A DNA stretch of 64,000 nucleotides from Armatimonadota bacterium (lineage in GTDB: Bacteria; Armatimonadota; SYMT01). Shown one piece after another: positions 18,562 to 28,336 of the stretch. Every line of letters begins with the position of its first letter. Position 1 is the first letter of the stretch. Both the position numbers and the translations under genes were made by a program. The stretch is from NCBI GenBank assembly GCA_041690135.1, contig JAWLHY010000008.1, positions 1-64,000 of the forward strand. The letters run 5' to 3'. Below the pieces are notes generated by a model, which saw only the letters and a program-made list of their open reading frames with translations, searched no databases and was not told the DNA's origin.

Positions 18562-20118
18562 ATGAACGTCTGTGCCGCGGACCAGATGCGCGAAATCGAC
18601 CGCCGTGCGGTCGCCGAGTTCGGCATGCCCTCTCTGCTTCTGATGGAGAACGCGGGGCGGGCGGTCGCGGAACGGGTGTTAGCTCGTTTACCTCGTAGCG
18701 GTAGCGTCGATCCGCTCGTGCGGGTGTTCTGCGGAAAGGGCAACAACGGCGGCGACGGTTTTGTGGCGGCGCGCCACCTCTACAATCGCGGGGTGCGGGT
18801 GGAATGCGTTCTGGCGGGAGAGCGGGAAGAGGTCCAGGGCGATGCCCGGGTGAATTTGGATCTCCTGGTTCCCCTTGGAATTCCGGTCTTCGCTCTGGGT
18901 GAGAGCGAGACGTCCTCTCCCTCTTTCCTGGTGGATGCCCTTTTGGGCACCGGGTTCCGCGGGAAGCCACGGGATCCGATCGCAGATTGTATCCGCCGAG
19001 TCAACGCGTCTGGCCTGCCGGTTGTCGCCGTGGACGTTCCTTCCGGACTGGATGCCGACACCGGACGGGCCGGTGCGGAATGCGTGCGCGCGCTGGAAAC
19101 GGTCACCTTCGGGCTTCCCAAGCTGGGGCTGGCGAGCTATCCCGGCCGGGATCTCGCGGGCGAAATCACCGTGGCCCACATCAGCTTGCCGCGTCCGTTG
19201 CTGGAAAAAGCAACGCTGCAGGCCGAATGGATCGCTGCCCCCCGGGCCGCTGCCCACTGGCCGGAGCGGGTCGCCACGGCTCACAAGGGAGATTCGGGTC
19301 GCCTCTTTGTGCTGGCTGGTTCTCCAGGCTTCACCGGGGCGGCAGCCATGACCTGCGAAGCGGCACTGCGCGCCGGAGCCGGGTTGGTGACGCTTGGCAT
19401 TCCCTCCAGCCTCAACGCCATTCTAGAGGTGAAGCTCACCGAGGCGATGACGCTGCCGCTGCCGGAGACGGACACGCAGGCCCACAGCCCCGAAGCATTG
19501 GACCGCCTGCGGGACCGCCTGGCAGATGCCGACGCACTGGTGGCCGGTCCCGGCTTCGGGCGGGACCCCCGTTCCGGCGAGTTGTTACGCGGCCTGTTAC
19601 GAGACTCCGCCACTCCGGCGGTCATCGATGCGGATGGGTTGAACCTGCTCTCTCCCGCGGATGAGCGGACCTTTCCGAGCCATTGCGTGATCACCCCGCA
19701 TCCGGGGGAAATGGCGCGCCTCCTGGGAACAGAGATTGCCGCGGTGCAGTCCAACCGGTTGGAAGTGGCTCGCTCGGCTGCGTCTCGATTCGGCTGTGTG
19801 GTCCTTCTCAAGGGTGCGGCAACGGTAATTGCGGCCCCGGACGGTCGGGTGGCCATCAATTCCAGCGGTGGGCCGGCGCTGGCCACCGGCGGCTCCGGGG
19901 ACGTGTTGTCGGGAATCCTCGGTGCGGCCCTCGCGCGGGGTCTGGAACCCTTTGAGGCGGCCGTTGCCGGCGCGTTCCTCCATGGCCTGGCGGGGGAAGT
20001 CGCCGCGGAGCGCTTCGGAGCGCCGGGTGCCATCGCGGGAGACGTGATCGTCGCGATCCCCGAGGCGTTGCGCCGCCTGCGAATGGGGGAAGTCGCACTT
20101 CCGTATCGAATACTGTAA
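18562..20118 (+). CDS. nnr: Bifunctional NAD(P)H-hydrate epimerase/dehydratase
   Basis: LMENAG, CGKGNNGGDG, VDVPSG, HKGDSG, DADGLN, ITPHPGE, LATGGSGDVLSG. Confidence 0.95.
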   Translation: MNVCAADQMREIDRRAVAEFGMPSLLLMENAGRAVAERVLARLPRSGSVDPLVRVFCGKGNNGGDGFVAARHLYNRGVRVECVLAGEREEVQGDARVNLDLLVPLGIPVFALGESETSSPSFLVDALLGTGFRGKPRDPIADCIRRVNASGLPVVAVDVPSGLDADTGRAGAECVRALETVTFGLPKLGLASYPGRDLAGEITVAHISLPRPLLEKATLQAEWIAAPRAAAHWPERVATAHKGDSGRLFVLAGSPGFTGAAAMTCEAALRAGAGLVTLGIPSSLNAILEVKLTEAMTLPLPETDTQAHSPEALDRLRDRLADADALVAGPGFGRDPRSGELLRGLLRDSATPAVIDADGLNLLSPADERTFPSHCVITPHPGEMARLLGTEIAAVQSNRLEVARSAASRFGCVVLLKGAATVIAAPDGRVAINSSGGPALATGGSGDVLSGILGAALARGLEPFEAAVAGAFLHGLAGEVAAERFGAPGAIAGDVIVAIPEALRRLRMGEVALPYRIL

Positions 20119-20195
20119 GAGGAAATTCGTCACGCCTTCCTAAAGAACTTCTAATCAAGGCGGATGGATTTGCGGGCATTCTCCCGGAGAACGGC

Positions 20196-21683
20196 ATGAA
20201 ACGTTACCTGGTGTCACTCACCCTCGCTGCGACCTGGATCGCGGTCGCTCCCCCCGCGTCCTCGGCGCAGGGCACGGTGCCGGCGGAAGGCCAGCCCAAG
20301 CCCGCCGCTGCCGGCACAACTGCCACAAAGGCCCCCGAAGGCGCGAGCCCTGCTGCTCCGACCTCCGGCGGCGCGACTAAGGTCACGGTGCGGGTGCCTT
20401 CCGGCGGAAGCTACACGGCCTACGTCCAGGAGAACACCACCGCCGCTCCAAAGACGATTCAAGACAAGGGCGAGCTGGATCTGCCGGCCGGCGCCAAGAC
20501 CGCTACGGTCTATGTGCTGGATACCAAAAGCGGCTATGCGGCCCGCAAGGCGGTGGAGCCGGGAAACGCGGCACAAGAGCTCGGTTTCGCCTCTCCCGAT
20601 TTCAATCTGGTGCAAAAGGTGCGGGTAACGGTAACCGGCAAAGACGAAAAGCCGGTGGCCCGCGTCAGCGTGAGCCTCACGGACAGCGGCAAGAACACCT
20701 ACCGCAAAATTCTCCCGCCGGCCTCCAAGGGGGTCGCGGAATTCGATTTCGTGACGAGCGGGGCGGCCACGGTCTCGGCTACTCCGGAAGGGGGAAACGC
20801 CACCACCAAAGAGATCACGGTCGACCTGCCCAAGAACGAGACGATCCAGACGATCTCCTTCGCACTCCCCGAAGTGACCGACGTGGTGGAGCCGGACCCC
20901 GCACCGGCGGCCGCAACCGATGAATCGGCGGCCGCGAATGCGCCCGCAGCGGCTCCGGCAGCGCCGCCGGCCGCGGCCCCGGCCGCCGCACCCGCTGCCC
21001 AGCCGGCCGCCCCAACGCCGCTTCCGGCGGCCCCTGCTTCCGGCGGATCGGATTGGGGTGGGACGCTTATCGGGTTTATCTTCCTGGCCGCCATCGCCTT
21101 TGGCGGTTACACCTACATGCGGAACAAGGGCATTACGGCGGAGATGTTGCTCCAGAAACTGGGCGTGCAGCCGGATACCGCGGTGGCGGGCGGCGGTAGC
21201 CTGGCAGGTGCGAACACCGGCGTTATCCCCGCGCCCGGCCCGGCTCCCGCTTCGCCCCCCGTGGTGGCCGACCCCAACCAGTGCCCGTTCTGCGGTCAGA
21301 TGAAAGACCCGTCCGGAGGCTGCGCCTGCACTGTGACCCCCGGAAGCCTCAGCGCGCCGGCCCCAGGTTTCGGAGTCGGCCCGGCCGGAGCGAGCAGTGG
21401 CCCTCGCCTGGTGGGGATGTCCGGAACCTATATGGGGCAGGTGTTTCCCCTTTCCGGGACCGCTGTGATCGGTCGCGACCCATCGAACGCCGTCCCCCTG
21501 GATCGGGACAACACCGCTTCCCGCCGGCACGCCCAGATCAGCGATGCGGGGGGCGCCTACCAGCTTCAGGACCTCGGTTCTTCCAACGGGACCCTGGTCA
21601 ACGGCGCCCGGGTCAGCGAGATCGTGTTGAACCCCGGAGATGAAGTCGCGATCGGCGGGACCCGCTTCCGCTTCGAGGTATAG
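20196..21683 (+). CDS. Single-pass membrane protein with exported beta domain, Cys4 module and C-terminal FHA
   Basis: Signal peptide; Ala/Pro linker; TM TLIGFIFLAAIAFGGY; CPFCGQMKDPSGGCAC; FHA motifs IGRD, SRRHA, SSNGT. Confidence 0.88.
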   Translation: MKRYLVSLTLAATWIAVAPPASSAQGTVPAEGQPKPAAAGTTATKAPEGASPAAPTSGGATKVTVRVPSGGSYTAYVQENTTAAPKTIQDKGELDLPAGAKTATVYVLDTKSGYAARKAVEPGNAAQELGFASPDFNLVQKVRVTVTGKDEKPVARVSVSLTDSGKNTYRKILPPASKGVAEFDFVTSGAATVSATPEGGNATTKEITVDLPKNETIQTISFALPEVTDVVEPDPAPAAATDESAAANAPAAAPAAPPAAAPAAAPAAQPAAPTPLPAAPASGGSDWGGTLIGFIFLAAIAFGGYTYMRNKGITAEMLLQKLGVQPDTAVAGGGSLAGANTGVIPAPGPAPASPPVVADPNQCPFCGQMKDPSGGCACTVTPGSLSAPAPGFGVGPAGASSGPRLVGMSGTYMGQVFPLSGTAVIGRDPSNAVPLDRDNTASRRHAQISDAGGAYQLQDLGSSNGTLVNGARVSEIVLNPGDEVAIGGTRFRFEV

Positions 21684-21686
21684 GCT

Positions 21687-23255
21687 ATGTCGCCACTCCG
21701 GGTTCTGCGGGGTTTCATCTTCGGCGGCCTGGGAGGCGCGCTGGCATGGGTGGTGGTGGAGGCCCTTTTTGGCCTCCACCGGCTCGACAACGTGCGTCCG
21801 GCACCGCTTACCTCTCCCCAGGAACAGGGCCTGATCGGGGCGACTCTGGGCCTGTTCATCGGCGCCTTCCTGGGTGTTTCCGAGGGCATTGCCGAGGGAA
21901 CGGCAGGCCGTTTCCGCCGGGCACTCACCACCTTCCTGATCACCGGTGGATTGGGGGGCTTCATCGGCCTCTACTTCGGCCAGATCGTCTTTTCCCGCAT
22001 GGGCGGCCGTGTCGATATGGGCGAACTGGGCCTGGCCGACTTCTTCCCGCAACTGCTCGCGCGCGGCATCAGTTGGATGCTGATCGGCTTGTTCCTGGGC
22101 CTGGCTCTGGGCGTGCCCAACCTTTCTTTCCGGCGGATGTGGAACGGCGCGGTGGGCGGCGCGCTGGGCGGTTTCCTGGCCGGGGCCATCTTTCAGTTGA
22201 TGGGCTACACCGGGGTTTTTCGGGGCACACAGGGCCGGCTGGTCGGGTTCATCATTCTGGGTGCGGTGGTGGGCTTCTTCATCAACCTCATCGCCGAAGC
22301 GCTCAAGAAGGTGTGGGTGAAGGTACTCATCGGCCGCAACGAAGGGCGAGAGCACGAAATCGATACCCAGATCGCCTACATTGGCCGGGACGAGCTGGCC
22401 GAGGTGCCCGTCTTCCTCGACCCCGCCGTGCCCAAGCGGATGGCCAGTCTCCGTCTCAACGGTGGGCGATATTCGCTCTTTGCGGAAAGTGATCGCCTGC
22501 CCATAGCCGTCAACGGTCAGCCGCTGACGCCGGGTCAAGTGCTACGGGACGGCGACGCCATCCAGTTCGGCCGCGTGACCCTCGGATATTACGAGAAGGC
22601 CACCGCCACTGGTCGGGCGCGTCCCGTCGACTCCGTGGCTCTGGCCGACTACAGCGCGCCCTCCATCGTCCCCGGCGCCACGCCGATCCCCACCGGTCAA
22701 GATGTGTGCGCCTTCTGCGGCGAGCGGAAAGACCTCGCCACGGGCGCATGCGCCTGCACAGTTCCCGACACGGGGGGATACGCGCCCCAGCCGGTTGGGG
22801 GAATGGGGGCCTACGACACGGCCTCCTATGGTCAGCCGGCCCCAATGGACTATGCTGCCGCCCACTCCGCGCCTATGGGTTACGGCTCACCCGGTGGCGA
22901 CCCAGCCTACGCCGCCACCATGGTGGACCCGGGCTACGGGGCAGCTCCCATGGCCGGACCCGGAGGGGGAGCTCGCCTCGTCGGGATGGACGGTCCCTAC
23001 GCCGGGCAGGTATTTCCGATCGTGGGAATGGAAACGGGAATCGGCCGGGACCCCGCCCAGGACATCGCCATCTCGTCGGACGGCACCGCGTCCCGTCGCC
23101 ACGCCCGGATTCTGTGTGACAACGGTTCCTGGTTCGTGCGCGATGAGGGGAGTTCCAACGGTACCTGGGTGAACGGGGTCCGGATTCAAGAGCAGCCGCT
23201 CTTCCCCGGCGACATGGTGAAAGTGGGTGCGACGAACTTCCGCTTCGAGGTCTGA
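21687..23255 (+). CDS. Polytopic membrane protein with degenerate FHA, Cys4 module and canonical FHA
   Basis: About 6 Gly-rich TM helices; first FHA-like IGRDE lacking SxxH; CAFCGERKDLATGACAC; IGRD, SRRHA, SSNGT. Confidence 0.88.
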   Translation: MSPLRVLRGFIFGGLGGALAWVVVEALFGLHRLDNVRPAPLTSPQEQGLIGATLGLFIGAFLGVSEGIAEGTAGRFRRALTTFLITGGLGGFIGLYFGQIVFSRMGGRVDMGELGLADFFPQLLARGISWMLIGLFLGLALGVPNLSFRRMWNGAVGGALGGFLAGAIFQLMGYTGVFRGTQGRLVGFIILGAVVGFFINLIAEALKKVWVKVLIGRNEGREHEIDTQIAYIGRDELAEVPVFLDPAVPKRMASLRLNGGRYSLFAESDRLPIAVNGQPLTPGQVLRDGDAIQFGRVTLGYYEKATATGRARPVDSVALADYSAPSIVPGATPIPTGQDVCAFCGERKDLATGACACTVPDTGGYAPQPVGGMGAYDTASYGQPAPMDYAAAHSAPMGYGSPGGDPAYAATMVDPGYGAAPMAGPGGGARLVGMDGPYAGQVFPIVGMETGIGRDPAQDIAISSDGTASRRHARILCDNGSWFVRDEGSSNGTWVNGVRIQEQPLFPGDMVKVGATNFRFEV

Positions 23256-23393
23256 TCGCCCCCGCCGGTGTAACGCCCTGGCCATCCGCCATCGCGGGGA
23301 GCCTGTTGCTCCGGGGGGGAACCATGCTATACTGCGGCCAACACGGGCCGGACCCTTCCCGGGATTCCGGTATGCGGGAAATGCGGTGACCGA

Positions 23394-24170
23394 ATGGCGG
23401 AACCACGCGTGGAGTTGGCAAACGCGGTCCAGGAGGCGCTGGACTGGCTGGGCATGAGCCCGGAAGACGCGGCGCCGGTGATTGGAATGAACGCGCGGAC
23501 TCTCGCGGCCATGGCGCAGGGCATCGTGCCGATGCGAAGCCTGGTGATCAAGCTGGCCGCCGGCATGGAGCGGCTGCGGCAGACGCGCCCCGGCGCTGCC
23601 GATTGGTGGGGCGACGTGGATGCGTGGCTCAAGATCGCCGGTTATCCTCCCCGTCGTGAAGCCTCCGAGCAAGAACACGAGGCGGGTGCGCCTGCGGGCG
23701 CAGCTTCCTCTGGGGTGACCTCTTATCGCCTGGGAGGTCCCGCGGGTTCCCGTCCGAGCCGCCCCGCCGACACCCTCAACGGCAACGGGCGCTATTCTTC
23801 ACCCCCACAGCCGTATTCGGGTGGATCGCCTGAGCGAACCGGAAGCACCGTCGCCCGGAACAACGGGCCGGCCGTGGCTTCTCCGCCCCCCGCCCGTCCG
23901 AACGGCGGCGTTCCGGCATCCCATCCGGCCGCCGACTCTCCCGTCGCGGCCGAAGCCTATCATCCGCAGTATGAGCGGCTGGCGTGGGGCGACAGCTTCG
24001 TCCACGTCTTCTGGATTCTGGATGGCAACGACCGTCGCGTCTTTCAGATCCGGGTGGCACCCAACTACGATTACAAAGCGAGAGCCGCCGAGGTCAAGCG
24101 AGACCTGGCGGCTCTTACGCGTTCCCAGTTCGACCGCAAATACGGCCGCTTCCGCGTCGACCATCGCTAA
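23394..24170 (+). CDS. Hypothetical protein with possible N-terminal XRE-like HTH
   Basis: GMSPEDAAPVIGMNARTLAAMAQG resembles an XRE HTH; disordered middle; small C-terminal globular domain. Confidence 0.6.
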   Translation: MAEPRVELANAVQEALDWLGMSPEDAAPVIGMNARTLAAMAQGIVPMRSLVIKLAAGMERLRQTRPGAADWWGDVDAWLKIAGYPPRREASEQEHEAGAPAGAASSGVTSYRLGGPAGSRPSRPADTLNGNGRYSSPPQPYSGGSPERTGSTVARNNGPAVASPPPARPNGGVPASHPAADSPVAAEAYHPQYERLAWGDSFVHVFWILDGNDRRVFQIRVAPNYDYKARAAEVKRDLAALTRSQFDRKYGRFRVDHR

Positions 24171-24706
24171 AAAAGTACGTTCCTGTCGAGCCGCATAAGG
24201 TACTCCGGGGCCGGCTCGCCCCGGACCTGAACCGTCTTAAGGTAACGGAACCCCACCTTTTCGTAGCACCGGATGGCGGCCCGGTTATCCCGATCCGGCC
24301 CGATCACGCAGCAGGTGACGCCCTGTTGCGGAAACACGACTTCCCGGAGGAACCTCCGGATGACCAGCCCCCCCAGGCCCCGGTGAACCCACTCGGGCTC
24401 ACCAAGGAACAGGTCGATCCCCGCCGCTCCCGCCTCCGCCTGGATCTGCTCCGCGTAGTCCGAATAGTCTGCGATCCGATACCACTGGATGTAGCCGAGG
24501 GGTTGGTCATCCAGCAGAATGAGGAACGGATACGTGAGCACCTCGCCGCGAACGTAGGGACCGTACTTCACCTGGGTTCCCTCGAACGTCAGCGGCTCCC
24601 GCCACCACTCCAGCACGTGAGGCTGGTTGAGCCACCGGTGGAGCACTTTCAGGTCACCCTCTCCCATGGGCCGGAACGAAATCCGATGGATATCCTGTGG
24701 TTCCAA
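24167..24706 (-). CDS. GNAT acetyltransferase, AAC(6')-Ib/RimJ-like
   Basis: GAGGAGG then TTG 24706; WLNQPHVLEWW, GYIQWY, GIDLFLGE, HRGLG, NRAAIRCYEKVGF. Confidence 0.85.
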   Translation of the reverse strand: MEPQDIHRISFRPMGEGDLKVLHRWLNQPHVLEWWREPLTFEGTQVKYGPYVRGEVLTYPFLILLDDQPLGYIQWYRIADYSDYAEQIQAEAGAAGIDLFLGEPEWVHRGLGGLVIRRFLREVVFPQQGVTCCVIGPDRDNRAAIRCYEKVGFRYLKTVQVRGEPAPEYLMRLDRNVLF

Positions 24707-24998
24707 GCTGACCCTCCTCTTGGTGCGCGCAAACGATAGTGGGAGCCGAAGGCCTCCTGGATGAGGGACGGGGAGCCCAACCATACAAGAGCGCATAAGT
24801 GGCCAGACCTTGGAAGCCGTAAGGGAGGTCAGACTCCCCCAGGATTGGGGGGTGGGGGGCCGAAAGCGCGGAAGCTCGCACCCAATTGTTGCCCAATGAG
24901 CCTGACTCGCCACGTGCTGATCTTTATCCTTCTCGCTGTCCTCGCTCAGCGCGGTCCTTCGCTATCCCCACTGCACAATCTTAATCCCAATCCGGTTC

Positions 24999-25940
24999 TC
25001 AATCAGCCAGGGGCAGGCGCTGCCGGTGCTGGAACAACTCCTTCCATGGGTCGAGCCCTCGCTCGAGACGCATCGGCACCGAGTCGAGATCAAAGTCTTG
25101 TATCGTGGCGCCGGACTCCAGCTCCTCCCAGGTAATCGGGCAGGAGACCGTGGCCCCACGGCCGGCGCGTGCGGAGTAGGGGGCGACGGCGCTTTTGCCC
25201 AGAGCGTTCTGCACCCAGTCCAGATAAACCTGTCCCTTCTGCCGCTTCTTCAGGGCCCGCTCAGTTGTGGCGATACTGGGGATCCGCCCGGCCACCTCTT
25301 CGCAGACCTTCGCGGCGAACTCGCTGACTTCCGTGTAGGTGGGTCCGGGCTTGAGGGGAATATACAGGTGCAGACCGCGCGACCCCGAGGTTTTCAGGAA
25401 CGGGTCGAGACCGTGCTCCTGGAGCACTTGCCTGCTAACCTGGGCCACTTCCACCACACTTTCCCACTCCGTATCGTGGGGGTCGAGGTCGAGCACCAGC
25501 CAATCAGGTCTCTCCAGTGATTGAATGCGAGAGTGCCACGGGTGCTGCTCGATGTTCCCCAGGTTCACCAGGTAGAGCAGCGCCGCCGGAGTGGAGTAGA
25601 CGGCGTAGTCGCGCGGCGTGCTGTCGTGGGTAATCCGGGCGGCCTTCAGATACTCCGGACCGGACTCCAGGTCGTGCTGAAAGAAGGAAGCCTCTCCCAC
25701 ACCGCGTGGAAACCGCTTGAGAATGGTGGGCCGATCTCGCACGAGCGGCAGCAGCACCGGCGCGACCCGGAGATAGTACTTCAGGAGCGCGCCCTTGGTA
25801 ATCCCTTCTTCCGGCCAGTACACCCGGTCGAGACTGGTGAGCCGCACCCGCGCAGACCCGCACCGGAGCACCAGGTCCCCACTGGGGGTTCCCATTTCCA
25901 TGAACTCCGCCGCGGTCACCGTGTCCGTTCCGGAGGGCAT
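24999..25940 (-). CDS. Stand-alone LigD-type primase-polymerase domain
   Basis: KRFPRG, FFQH, HPW, PDWLVLDLDP, KTSGSRGLH, VYLDW.QN, APYSAR, VSCPITW; start uncertain. Confidence 0.9.
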   Translation of the reverse strand: MPSGTDTVTAAEFMEMGTPSGDLVLRCGSARVRLTSLDRVYWPEEGITKGALLKYYLRVAPVLLPLVRDRPTILKRFPRGVGEASFFQHDLESGPEYLKAARITHDSTPRDYAVYSTPAALLYLVNLGNIEQHPWHSRIQSLERPDWLVLDLDPHDTEWESVVEVAQVSRQVLQEHGLDPFLKTSGSRGLHLYIPLKPGPTYTEVSEFAAKVCEEVAGRIPSIATTERALKKRQKGQVYLDWVQNALGKSAVAPYSARAGRGATVSCPITWEELESGATIQDFDLDSVPMRLERGLDPWKELFQHRQRLPLAD

Positions 25941-26051
25941 GGCCTGCCGTTCGATTTCAGCGGGACCGACTTCAATCAGATGTGTTAGCATCATCCTATC
26001 GTGCCCCTGCAGGCGCGCAGGCCAAACAGCACCTCACCACCACACTTTCCC

Positions 26052-26930
26052 ATGGACCCGATCCTGATCCTTGCCAACCGCTCCGCCGGCGCCCAGTCCC
26101 GCATTCGAGGCTCCGGCGTGCTGGAGCAGTACGCCCGCGAGGTGGGGTTGGAGCCGGAAGTGATGTACACGCGGAGCCCGCGCCACCTGCGGGAGTTGCT
26201 CCGGCAGGAAGTGATCGGTCGCCGCGACAGGGTGGTGGTGGCCGGAGGAGATGGAACGGTGCGCGCCGCGGTGCAGGAGTTGGCCGGGAAGGACGTGGCG
26301 CTGGGCATCCTACCGCAGGGGACGGCCAATAATTTTGCCGGCGCGCTCCGCCTCCCGCTGGATCTCCCGTCCGCCTTCCGGGTGATTGCGGAGGGCGACA
26401 CGCAGCAGGTCGGGCTGGGAGTAGCCAACGGCGAGTACTTTACCGAGGCCGCCGGGGTGGGGGTGTTTGCGGAGCTGCTGGCCCTCACCGGAGCCGAACA
26501 CCATCCCCGGGCCGCTTTCCGAGCGCTGCGCTACCTGGTGAAATGGACGGTCACTAACCAGCCGCTGTGCGTGCACCTGACGTTGGACGGAGTCACCGAG
26601 GAGGTAGACGCGCTGAGCGTGACCATCGCCAACAGCTTCCTGCTCGGCTACCGGATCCCCATCGCGCCCCACGCCCGCTTGACGGATGATGTGCTCGATG
26701 TGGTGATCATCGGCCCGCTTCTCCGCCGGGAGTTACTGCCGTATTACCGGGCGGTGCGGACGCAGACGCACGGAAATCTTCCCAAGATCCGGACTGTGCA
26801 GGCGCGTCGGATCGAGGTTGCCACCCGGCATCCCGTCCCGATCCACATCGACGATCACACCTCCGGCCAGACGCCGCTAGAGGTGCACACGGAGCCCCGC
26901 TGCCTGAAGGTGCTGGTCGATAGGCTCTAA
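26052..26930 (+). CDS. Diacylglycerol/lipid kinase family protein (YegS/DgkB-like)
   Basis: ANRSAG, VAGGDGTV, LPQGTANNFA. Confidence 0.9.
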   Translation: MDPILILANRSAGAQSRIRGSGVLEQYAREVGLEPEVMYTRSPRHLRELLRQEVIGRRDRVVVAGGDGTVRAAVQELAGKDVALGILPQGTANNFAGALRLPLDLPSAFRVIAEGDTQQVGLGVANGEYFTEAAGVGVFAELLALTGAEHHPRAAFRALRYLVKWTVTNQPLCVHLTLDGVTEEVDALSVTIANSFLLGYRIPIAPHARLTDDVLDVVIIGPLLRRELLPYYRAVRTQTHGNLPKIRTVQARRIEVATRHPVPIHIDDHTSGQTPLEVHTEPRCLKVLVDRL

Positions 26931-28243
26931 CGTTTCTCCAGTGGGGCAGCGAAGCGGCTCATCGCCGGGAGAAAGACCGGCGCCAGCTCTCGCCTGCCGG
27001 CGGCCGCCGCGTGCCATGCCGGGAGGAGGTCCTCGCGCAGGACGTCCGACCAGGAGGGGAAATCGCTTTCGGCTCTCCGGCGGGCGGCCTGGGCCATGTC
27101 GCGGCGCCACTCCCCATCTCGCCAGAGCCCTTCGACGGCGGCCGCCCACACCGCCGGGTCATGCGAGGTAATCCCGAGGCCGTCGATCCCCGGCCGGGCG
27201 ACGGCGCCGGCGGATCCGCCCTCCGCCGACACCACCACGGGCAGGCCCGACGCCATGGCCTCGCACACCACGTTCGGATGGACCTCCGTGGTCGAAGGGA
27301 AGACGAATAGGTCCGCCCCGGCATAGAGGGAGCGAAGGGTCTCCTGGGACACCGGACCGCAGATTGTGGCCAGTGGACCGAGTTTCTCCGCCACGGCCGC
27401 GCGTTGGCCGCCCCGGCCGGCGAACAGCGCGTGGATGGGAATACCTTTCTCGGCGAGACGGAGTACCGCCTCGGCGAGTACGAGCGGGCTCTTACTATCA
27501 TCGACTCGACCGGCGAAGAGCACCAGGAACCGCCCGGCCGGAAGCCCGTAATTGTGCTCGAGCTTGGCCCGGTCGCGGTGTCCGGGGTGGAAGAACTCCA
27601 GGTCGATGCCCCGGCGCAGCCTGCCGGCCCGACCCCATCCCAACTCCTGCACGATCAGGTCGTAGTCCGCATCGCTCGACCCCAACCCGTATGCGCACCG
27701 CCGTAGATGCTTTCGGAAGCGCCCGGAGATCAGTCCGGCCAGGTAATCCGGCATGCGGAGTCGCTGGATCAAAAGGCGGGTCAACGCGGAGGCGCCCCCC
27801 AGGCGGCGGATGGCATTCTCCGTGAAGATGCGGGTGTACTTGACGGTGTCGGTGTGGGTGGAATGTACCAGGGGTGTGCCGGTCCGGCGGGAGTGGCGGG
27901 CCGCCGTTTCGGTAAAGGCGAAGCAGGGCTCCGTGGTGTGAAGCACGTCGGCGCCGTTGAGAGCCTGCCGCAACCCGCGGTGGAAAGGGGCGAGATCGGT
28001 ATGGTCCGGCACCCGGAGGAAGGAGAGGCGCCGGGTACTCAATACGGGCCGATGGACGACGTACCGGACGTTGTCCGCGACCTGCCGCCGCGTATTCTCC
28101 TCGCCGAGCACGTGGAGCGTCAGGTCCAATTCACCGTCGAGAGCGGCGGCCGCGGCCGCGAAGCGTTCCCAGCATTTCACGTGACCGCCAGCCTCGGGAA
28201 CCAGTTCCAGATTGATGAGGACTGAGACTCGGATGGGATGCAT
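26927..28243 (-). CDS. Glycosyltransferase family 4 (GT-B)
   Basis: HTD, RGIDLEFFHP, FAGRVDDSK, FVFPSTTEVHPNVVCEAMASGLPVV. Confidence 0.9.
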   Translation of the reverse strand: MHPIRVSVLINLELVPEAGGHVKCWERFAAAAAALDGELDLTLHVLGEENTRRQVADNVRYVVHRPVLSTRRLSFLRVPDHTDLAPFHRGLRQALNGADVLHTTEPCFAFTETAARHSRRTGTPLVHSTHTDTVKYTRIFTENAIRRLGGASALTRLLIQRLRMPDYLAGLISGRFRKHLRRCAYGLGSSDADYDLIVQELGWGRAGRLRRGIDLEFFHPGHRDRAKLEHNYGLPAGRFLVLFAGRVDDSKSPLVLAEAVLRLAEKGIPIHALFAGRGGQRAAVAEKLGPLATICGPVSQETLRSLYAGADLFVFPSTTEVHPNVVCEAMASGLPVVVSAEGGSAGAVARPGIDGLGITSHDPAVWAAAVEGLWRDGEWRRDMAQAARRRAESDFPSWSDVLREDLLPAWHAAAAGRRELAPVFLPAMSRFAAPLEKR

Positions 28244-28336
28244 TCCCAAACCTCCACGGGGACAGCTTCGTCGCTTACGTGGTATCTCCAGGGTAACGCT
28301 TGCTTTACGAGCAAGGACGTGGGTGTCCGCCTCAGT

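Noticed and set aside
24167-24706. Aminoglycoside resistance gene
   Set aside because: Only family-level resemblance to AAC(6')-Ib-like GNATs; no integron or mobile context.
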